Positions 53,201-64,000 of a stretch of 64,000 nt of DNA are shown piece after piece. The stretch is from Eledone cirrhosa (lineage: Eukaryota). The notes beneath the pieces were generated by a model. It ran no database searches and had not been told where the DNA came from. It saw nothing but the letters and a program-made list of their open reading frames with translations. A program made the translations under genes and the position numbers. The stretch lies in NCBI GenBank assembly GCA_964016885.1, contig OZ024742.1, positions 372,124,001 through 372,188,000 on the forward strand, written 5' to 3'. Each line of letters opens with the position of its first letter. The first letter of the stretch is position 1.

Positions 53201-56200
53201 AATACAATAATATATACACTAGAAATACAGTAATATATACACTAGAAATACAGTAATATATACACTAGAAATACAATAATATATACACTAGAAATACAGT
53301 ATTATATACCCTAGGAAGAGAGTAATATATATATATACTAGAAATACAGTAATATATATACACGAGAAATACAGTAATATATACACTAGAAATACAGTAA
53401 TATATATACACTAGAAATACAGTAATATATACACTATAAACACAGTAATATATATACACTAGAAATACAGTAATATATATACGCGAGAAATACAGTAATA
53501 TATACACTAGAAATCCAGTAATATATATACACTAGATATACAGTAATATATATACTAGAAATACAGTAATATATATACACTAGAAATACAGTAATATATA
53601 CAGTAGAAAAACAGTAATATATACAGTAGGAATACAGTAATATATATACACTAGAAATACAGTAATATATACACTAGGAATACAGTAATATATTTACACT
53701 AGAAATACAGTAATATATATACACTAGAAATACAGTAATATATATACACTAGAAATACAGTAATATATATACATTAGAAATACAGTAATATATATACACT
53801 AGAAATACAGTAATATATATACACTAGAAATCCAGTAATATATATACACTAGAAATACAGTAATATATATATACACTAGAAATACAGTAATATATATATA
53901 CACTAGGAATACAGTAATATACATACACTAGAAATACAGTAATATTTATACACTCGAAATACAGTAATATATACACTAGAAATACAGTAATATATATACA
54001 CTAGAAATACAGTAATATATATACACTAGAAATACAGTAATATATATACACTAGAAATACAATAATATATACACTAGAAATACAGTAATATATACACTAG
54101 AAATACAGTAATATATATACACTTGAAATACAGTAATATATATACACTAGAAGTACAGTAATATATACACTAGAAATACAGTAATATATATACACTTGAA
54201 ATACAGTAATATATATACACTAGAAGTACAGTAATATATATACACTAGAAATACAGCAATATATACACTAGAAATACAGTAATATATATACACTAGAAAC
54301 ACAGTCATATATATATACTAGAAATACAGTATTATATATATACAATAGAAATACAGTAATATATACACTAGGAATACAGTAATATATATACACTAGGAAT
54401 ACAGTAATATATATACACTAGGAATACAGTAATATATATACACTAGAAATGCAGTAATATATATACACTAGAAATACAGTAATATATATACACTAGGAAT
54501 ACAGTAATATATATACACTAGGAATACAGTAATATATATACACTAGGAATACAGTAATATATATACACTAGGAATACAGTAATATATATACACTAGAAAT
54601 ACAGTAATATATATACACTAGAAATACAGTAATATAATACACTAGGAATACAGTAATATATATACATGGGAAATACAGTAATATATACACTAGAAATACA
54701 GTAATATATATACACTAGAAATACAGTAATATATATACACTAGAAATACAGTAATATATATACACTAGGAATACAGTAATATATATACACTAGGAATACA
54801 GTAATATATATAGACTAGGAATACAGATATATATATACACTAGGAATACAGTAATATATATACACTAGAAATACAGTAATATATACACTAGGAATACAGT
54901 AATATATATACACTAGAAATACAGTAATATATATAGATGAGAAATACAGTAATATATTCACTAGAAATACAGTAATATATACACTAGAAATACAGTAATA
55001 TATATACACTAGAAATACAGTAAGATATATACACTAGAAATACAGTAATATATATACACTAGAAATACAGTAATATATATACACTAGAAATACAGTAATA
55101 TATACACTAGGAATACAGTAATATATATACACTAGGAATACAGTAAAATATATACACTTGGAATACAGTAATATATATACACTAGAAATACAGTAATATA
55201 TATACACTAGGAATACAGTAATATATACACTAGAAATACAGTAATATATATACACTAGAAATACAGTAATATATAGACTAGAAATACAATAATATATACA
55301 CTAGAAATACAGTAATATATACACTAGAAATACAGTAATATATACACTAGAAATACAATAATATATACACTAGAAATACAGTATTATATACACTAGGAAG
55401 AGAGTAATATATATATATACTAGAAATACAGTAATATATATACACGAGAAATACAGTAATATATACACTAGAAATACAGTAATATATATACACTAGAAAT
55501 ACAGTAATATATACACTATAAACACAGTAATATATATACACTAGAAATACAGTAATATATATACGCGAGAAATACAGTAATATATACACTAGAAATCCAG
55601 TAATATATATACACTAGATATACAGTAATATATATACTAGAAATACAGTAATATATATACACTAGAAATACAGTAATATATACAGTAGAAAAACAGTAAT
55701 ATATACAGTAGGAATACAGTAATATATATACACTAGAAATACAGTAATATATACACTAGGAATACAGTAATATATTTACACTAGAAATACAGTAATATAT
55801 ATACACTAGAAATACAGTAATATATATACACTAGAAATACAGTAATATATATACACTAGAAATACAGTAATATATATACACTAGAAATACAGTAATATAT
55901 ATACACTAGAAATCCAGTAATATATATACACTAGAAATACAGTAATATATATATACACTAGAAATACAGTAATATATATATACACTAGGAATACAGTAAT
56001 ATATATACACTAGAAATACAGTAATATATATATACTAGGAATACAGTAATATATACACTAGAAATACAGTAATATATATACACGAGAAATACAGTAATAT
56101 ATATACACTAGAAATACAGTAATATATACACTAGAAATACAGTAATACATACACTAGAAATACAGTAATATTTATACACTCGAAATACAGTAATATATAC

Positions 56201-56850
56201 ACTAGAAATACAGTAATATATATACACTAGAAATACAGTAATATATATACACTAGAAATACAGTAATATATATACACTAGAAATACAATAATATATACAC
56301 TAGAAATACAGTAATATATACACTAGAAATACAGTAATATATATACACTTGAAATACAGTAATATATATACACTAGAAGTACAGTAATATATATACACTA
56401 GAAATACAGTAATATATACACTAGAAATACAGTAATATATACACTAGAAATACAGTAATATATATACACTTGAAATACAGTAATATATATACACTAGAAG
56501 TACAGTAATATATATACACTAGAAGTACAGCAATATATACACTAGAAATACAGTAATATATATACACTAGAAATACAGTCATATATATATTCTAGAAATA
56601 CAGTAATATATATATACAATAGAAATACAGTAATATATACACTAGGAATACAGTAATATATATACACTAGGAATACAGTAATATATATACACTAGGAATA
56701 CAGTAATATATATACACTAGAAATGCAGTAATATATATACACTAGAAATACAGTAATATATATACACTAGGAATACAGTAATATATATACACTAGGAATA
56801 CAGTAATATATATACACTAGGAATACAGTAATATATATACACTAGGAATA
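43920..56850. repeat. Second-haplotype higher-order array: serial copies with offsets 3930/4297, 3554 and 2082 bp
   Basis: acgcta 44581/48511/52065, gatgag 44828/48758/52312 and 49300/52854/54936, ggaagagag 45463/49760/53314/55396, ORFs 45414/49711/53265/55347. Confidence 0.9.
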
Positions 56851-59729
56851 CAGTAATATATACACTAGAAATACAGTAATATATATATACAATAGAAATA
56901 CAGTAATATATACACTAGGAATACAGTAATATATATACACTAGGAATACAGTAATATATATACACTAGGAATACAGTAATATATATACACTAGAAATGCA
57001 GTAATATATATACACTAGAAATACAGTAATATATATACACTAGGAATACAGTAATATATATACACTAGGAATACAGTAATATATATACACTAGGAATACA
57101 GTAATATATATACACTAGGAATACAGTAATATATATACACTAGAAATACAGTAATATATATACACTAGAAATACAGTAATATAATACACTAGGAATACAG
57201 TAATATATATACATGGGAAATACAGTAATATATACACTAGAAATACAGTAGTATATATACACTAGAAATACAGTAATATATATACACTAGAGATACAGTA
57301 ATATATACACTAGATATACAGTAATATATACACTAGATATACAGTAATATATACACTAGGAATACAGTAATATATATACACTAGAAATACAGTAATATAT
57401 ATACACTAGGAATACAGTAATATATATACACTAGGAATACAGTAATATATATACACTAGAAATACAGTAATATATATACACTAGAAATACAGTAATATAT
57501 ATACACTAGAAATACAGTAATATATATACACTAGAAATACAGTAATATATATATACACTAGAAATACAGTAATATATACACTAGGAATACAGTAATATAT
57601 ATACACTAGGCATACAGTAATATATATACACTAGGAATACAGTAATATATATACACTAGAAATGCAGTAATATATATACACTAGGAATACAGTAATATAT
57701 ATACACTAGCAATACAGTAATATATATACACTAGAAATACAGTAATATATATACACTAGGAATACAGTAATATATATACACTAGAAATACTGTAAGATAT
57801 ATAAACTAGAAATACAGTAAATATATACACTAGAAATACAGTAATATATATATACCAGAAATACAGTAATATATATACACTAGGAATACAGATATATATA
57901 TACACTAGGAATACAGTAATATATATACACTAGAAATACAGCAATATATATACACGAGAAATACAGTAATATATACACTAGAAATACAGTAATATATATA
58001 CACTAGAGATACAGTAATATATATACACTAGAAATACAGTAATATATACACTAGAAATACAGTAATATATACAGTAGAAATATAGTAATATATATACATT
58101 GGAATACAGTAATATATATACACTAGAAATACAGTAATATATATACACTAGAAATACAGTAATATATATACCCTAGAAATACAGTAATATATATACACTA
58201 GAAATACAGTAATATATATACCCTAGAAATACAGTAATATATATACACTAGAAATACAGTAATATATACACTAGAAAAACAGTAATATATATACACTAGA
58301 AATACAGTAATATATACACTAGGAATACAGTAATATATATACACTAGAAATACAGTAATATATATAGATGAGAAATACAGTAATATATATACACTAGAAA
58401 TACAGTAATATATACACTAGAAATACAGTAATATATATACACTAGAAATACAGTAAGATATATACACTAGAAATACAGTAATATATATACACTAGAAATA
58501 CAGTAATATATACACTAGGAATACAGTAATATATATACACTAGAAATACAGTAATATATATACACTAGGAATACAGTAATATATATACACTAGGAATACA
58601 GATATATATATAGACTAGGAATACAGTAATATATATACACTAGGAATACAGTAATATATATACACTAGAAATACAGTAATATATATACACTAGAAATACA
58701 GTAATATATATACACTAGAAATACAGTAATATATACACTAGGAATACAGTAATATATATACACTAGGAATACAGTAAAATATATACACTAGGAATACAGT
58801 AATATATATACATTAGAAATACAGTAATATATATACACTAGGAATACGGTAATATATACACTAGAAATACAGTAATATATATACACTAGAAATACAGTAA
58901 TATATAGACTAGAAATACAATAATATATACACTAGAAATACAGTAATATATACACTAGAAATACAGTAATATATACACTAGAAATACAATAATATATACA
59001 CTAGAAATACAGTAATATATACACTAGGAATACAGTAATATATATATATACTAGAAATACAGTAATATATATACACTAGTAATACAGTAATATATACACT
59101 AGAAATACAGTAATATATACACTAGAAATACAATAATATATACACTAGAAATACAGTAATATATACACTAGGAATACAGTAATATATATATACACTAGAA
59201 ATACAGTAATATATACAGTAGAAACACAGTAATATATATACACTAGAAATACAGTAATATATATACACGAGAAATACAGTAATATATACACTAGAAATAC
59301 AGTAATATATATACACTAGAAATACAGTAATATATACACTATAAACACAGTAATATATATACACTAGAAATACAGTAATATATATACACGAGAAATACAG
59401 TAATATATACACTAGAAATACAGTAATATATATACACTAGATATACAGTAATATATATACACTAGGAATACAGTAACATATATACACTAGAAATTCAGTA
59501 ATATATATATATACTAGAAATACAGTAATATATATACACTAGAAATACAGTAATATATATACACTAGAAATACAGTAATATATACAGTAGAAAATCAGTA
59601 ATATATACACTAGGAATACAGTAATATATATACACTAGAAATACAGTAATATATATACATTAGAAATACAGTAATATATATACACTAGAAATCCAGTAAT
59701 ATATATACACACTAGAAATACAGTAATAT

Positions 59730-62700
59730 ATATACACTAGAGATACAGTAATATATTCACTAGAAATACAGTAATATATATACACTAGAAATACAGTAAT
59801 ATATATACACTAGGAATACAGTAATATATATACACTAGAAATAGAGTAATATATATACACTTGGAATACAGTAATATATATACACTAGAAATACAGTAAT
59901 ATATATACAGTAGGAATAAAGTAATATATAGACTAGAAATACAGTAATATATATACACTAGGAATACAGTAATATATATACACTAAGAATACAGTTATAT
60001 ATATACACTAGAAATACAGTAATATATATACACTAGGAATACAGTAATATATATACACTAGAAATACAGTAATATATATATACTAGAAATACAGTAATAT
60101 ATATACACTAGAAATACAGTAATATATATACACTAGAAATACAGTAATATATATATACACTAGAGATACAGTAATATATATACACTAGAAATACAGTAAT
60201 ATATATACACTTGAAATACAGTAGTATATATACACTAGAAATACAATAATATATATACACTAGGAATACAGTAATATATATACACTAGAAATACAGTAAC
60301 ATATATACACTAGAAATACAATAATATATATACACTAGGAATACAGTAATATATATACACTAGAAATACAGTAATATATATACACTAGAAACACAGTAAT
60401 ATATATACAGTAGAAACACAATAATATATATACACTAGGAATACAGTAATATATATACACTAGAAATACAGTAATATATACACTAGGAATACAGTAATAT
60501 ATATACACTAGAAATACAATAATATATATACACTAGAAATTCAGTAATATATATACACTAGAAATACAGATATATATATATACACTAGAAATACAGTAAT
60601 ATATATACACTAGGAATACAGTAACATATATACACTAGAAATACAGTAATATATATACACTAGGAATACAGTAATATATACACTAGGAATACAGTAATAT
60701 ATATATACACTAGAAATACAGTAATATATATATACTAGAAATACAGTAATATATATACACTAGAAATACAGTAATATATATACTCTACAAATACAGTAAT
60801 ATATATACACTAGGAATACAGTAATATATATATACACTAGAAATACAGTAATATATACACTACAAATACAGTAATATACATACACTAGGAATACAGTAAT
60901 ATATATACACTAGAAATACAGTAATATATATATACACTAGAAATACAGTAATATATATACACTAGAAATACAGTAATATATATATACTAGAAATACAGTA
61001 ATATATATACACTAGAAATACAGTAATATATACACTAGAAATACAGTAATATATATATACTAGGAATACAGTAATATATATACACTAGAAATACAGTAAT
61101 ATATACACTAGAAATACAGTAATATATATACACTAGAAATACAGTAATATATACACTAGAAATACAGTAATATATATGCACTAGGAATACAGTAATATAT
61201 ATACACTAGAAATACAGTAATATATATACACTACAAATACAGTAATATATATACACTAGGAATACATTAATATATACACTAGGAATACAGTAATATATAT
61301 ACACTAGAAATACAGTAATATATATACACTAGAAATACAGTAATATATATACGCTAGGAATACAGTAATATATATACACTAGGAATACAGTAATACATAT
61401 ACACTAGGAATACAGTAATATATATACACTAGAAATACAGTAATATATATACACTAGAAATACAGTAATATATATATACTAGGAATACAGTAATATATAT
61501 ACACTAGAAATACAGTAATATATACACTAGAAATACAGTAATATATATACACTAGAAATACAGTAATATATATACACTAGGAATACAGTAATACATACAC
61601 ACTAGGAATACAGTAATATATATACACTAGAAATACAGTAATATATATACACTAGAAATACAGTAATATATATACACTAGAAATACAGTAACATATACAC
61701 TAGGAATACAGTAATATATATACACTAGGAATACAGTAATATATATAGACTAGGAATACAGATATATATATACACTAGGAATACAGTAATATATATACAC
61801 TAGAAATACAGTAATATATACACTAGGAATACAGTAATATATATACACTAGAAATACAGTAATATATATAGATGAGAAATACAGTAATATATATACACTA
61901 GAAATACAGTAATATATACACTAGAAATACAGTAATATATATACACTAGAAATACAGTAAGATATATACACTAGAAATACAGTAATATATATACACTAGA
62001 AATACAGTAATATATACACTAGGAATACAGTAATATATATACACTAGAAATACAGTAATATATATACACTAGGAATACAGTAATATATATACACTAGGAA
62101 TACAGATATATATATAGACTAGGAATACAGTAATATATATACACTAGAAATACAGTAATATATACACTAGGAATACAGTAATATATACACTAGAAATACA
62201 GTAATATATATACACTAGAAATACAGTAATATATACACTAGGAATACAGTAATATATATACACTAGGAATACAGTAAAATATATACACTTGGAATACAGT
62301 AATATATATACACTAGAAATACAGTAATATATATACACTAGGAATACAGTAATATATACACTAGAAATACAGTAATATATATACACTAGAAATACAGTAA
62401 TATATAGACTAGAAATACAATAATATATACACTAGAAATACAGTAATATATACACTAGGAAGAGAGTAATATAAATATATACTAGAAATACAGTAATATA
62501 TATACACGAGAAATACAGTAATATATACACTAGAAATACAGTAATATATATACACTAGAAATACAGTAATATATACACTATAAACACAGTAATATATATA
62601 CACTAGAAATACAGTAATATATATACACGAGAAACACAGTAATATATACACTAGAAATCCAGTAATATATATACACTAGATATACAGTAATATATATATA

Positions 62701-64000
62701 TACTAGAAATACAGTAATATATATACACTAGAAATACAGTAATATATACAGTAGGAATACAGTAATATATATACACTGGGAATACAGTAATATATACACT
62801 AGGAATACAGTAATATATTTACACTAGAAATACAGTAATATATATACACTAGAAATACAGTAATATATACACTAGAAATACAGTAATATATATACACTAG
62901 GAATACAGTAATATATACACTAGAAATACAGTAATATATATACACTAGAGATACAGTAATATATATACACTATAAATACAGTAATATATACACTAGAAAT
63001 ACAGTAATATATACAGTAGAAATATAGTAATATATATACACTAGGAATACAGTAATATATATACACTAGAAATACAGTAATATATATACCCTAGAAATAC
63101 AGTAATATATATACACTAGAAATACAGTAATATATATACACTAGAAATACAGTAACATATACACTAGGAATACAGTAATATATATACACTAGGAATACAG
63201 TAATATATATAGACTAGGAATACAGATATATATATACACTAGGAATACAGTAATATATATACACTAGAGATACAGTAATATATTCACTAGAAATACAGTA
63301 ATATATATACACTAGAAATACAGTAATATATATACACTAGGAATACAGTAATATATATACACTAGAAATAGAGTAATATATATACACTTGGAATACAGTA
63401 ATATATATACACTAGAAATACAGTAATATATATACAGTAGGAATAAAGTAATATATAGACTAGAAATACAGTAATATATATACACTAGGAATACAGTAAT
63501 ATATATACACTAAGAATACAGTTATATATATACACTAGAAATACAGTAATATATATACACTAGGAATACAGTAATATATATACACTAGAAATACAGTAAT
63601 ATATATATACTAGAAATACAGTAATATATATACACTAGAAATACAGTAATATATATACACTAGAAATACAGTAATATATATATACACTAGAGATACAGTA
63701 ATATATATACACTAGAAATACAGTAATATATATACACTTGAAATACAGTAGTATATATACACTAGAAATACAATAATATATATACACTAGGAATACAGTA
63801 ATATATATACACTAGAAATACAGTAACATATATACACTAGAAATACAATAATATATATACACTAGGAATACAGTAATATATATACACTAGAAATACAGTA
63901 ATATATATACACTAGAAACACAGTAATATATATACAGTAGAAACACAATAATATATATACACTAGGAATACAGTAATATATATACACTAGAAATACAGTA
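59730..64000. repeat. Duplication of a diverged block: ~59730-60475 recurs at ~63257-64000 (offset 3527 bp, runs off the window end)
   Basis: atagag 59841/63368, ctaagaatacagttat 59983/63510, with gtagtat, gtaacat and gtagaaacacaat following in the same order. Confidence 0.9.

Larger units (their letters stand above)
1..64000. repeat. 25-bp-monomer tandem satellite array, consensus ACAGTAATATATATACACTAG(A/G)AAT, roughly 2,600 monomers, head-to-tail, extending beyond both window edges
   Basis: Positions 1-25 and 26-50 are identical (acagtaatatatatacactagaaat), and the motif continues to base 64000 without interruption. Length variants differ mainly by TA units (23/25/27/29 bp). Copy number is estimated as 64000 divided by ~24.5. 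Confidence 0.99.

Noticed and set aside
704-62651. The 64-96 aa minus-strand Tyr/Ile/Val/Cys-rich ORFs in the track
   Set aside because: They are translations of the monomer in rotating frames (YIYYCISSV, YITVFLV, YILLYF). Most start at the repeat's GTG and persist only where 23/25-bp mixes or variants dodge the TAG of CTAG. There is no distinct coding context, and recurrence reflects DNA duplication.
1-64000. Giant minus-strand ORF under TAG recoding (the minus consensus has TAG as its only stop)
   Set aside because: The monomer is not a multiple of 3 and +/-2 bp variants shift frame constantly. Variants such as cattag, aatcag, gtcat and ttcac add TAA/TGA on the minus strand. There is no sign of frame preservation.
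1-64000. CRISPR array
   Set aside because: The unit length is CRISPR-like, but the repeats abut with no unique spacers, leader or cas genes.
1-64000. LexA SOS-box array (monomer resembles half of TACTGTATATATATACAGTA)
   Set aside because: Only direct-oriented ACAGTA half-sites occur. I found no CTGT-N8-ACAG dyad, including at the actgt variants, and there are no genes to regulate.
1-64000. Telomerase-made long telomeric repeat (25-bp units exist in some yeasts)
   Set aside because: There is no G-rich strand, and variants are inherited in multi-kb blocks, which indicates recombinational copying rather than templated addition.
1-64000. TATA boxes or promoters, Helitron CTAG ends, mitochondrial control-region repeats
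   Set aside because: These are incidental short matches in every monomer. There is no adjacent gene, subterminal hairpin, transposase, tRNA or conserved sequence block.
1-64000. Pure sequencing or amplification artefact (concatemer of a short circle)
   Set aside because: Hierarchically shared variants with two haplotypes and nested duplications imply an evolutionary history. Individual duplications could still be misassembled.

Overview
The whole 64 kb window is one uninterrupted, single-orientation tandem satellite array. The AT-rich monomer is 25 bp (+ strand consensus ACAGTAATATATATACACTAG[A/G]AAT; 13 A, 7 T, 3 C, 2 G in the A form). It has frequent 23-bp and rarer 27/29-bp variants caused by TA slippage. 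I found no genes, RNA genes, CRISPR spacers, transposons, inversions or unique sequence. All ORFs in the track are translations of the repeat. The information lies in rare variant monomers (e.g. catggg, gatgag, ctcga, ttcactataaac, gtagaaaatc). These recur in conserved order and reveal a loose ~3.5-5 kb higher-order unit plus nested recent duplications. The duplications are a near-identical ~10.9 kb tandem pair (~8.5-30.4 kb), 1843, 1376/1424, 2563/2044/1725, 3930-4297/3554/2082 and 3527 bp offsets, and a probable older ~13 kb duplication. The variant set switches at ~44-45 kb, and ~60-61.7 kb is a more diverged zone. This looks like a eukaryotic heterochromatic or centromere-type satellite undergoing layered expansion. 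I cannot identify the organism or a named family, and I see no evidence for a novel protein-coding system. Offsets were read by eye from marker positions, and block boundaries are approximate (about 1-3 monomers).
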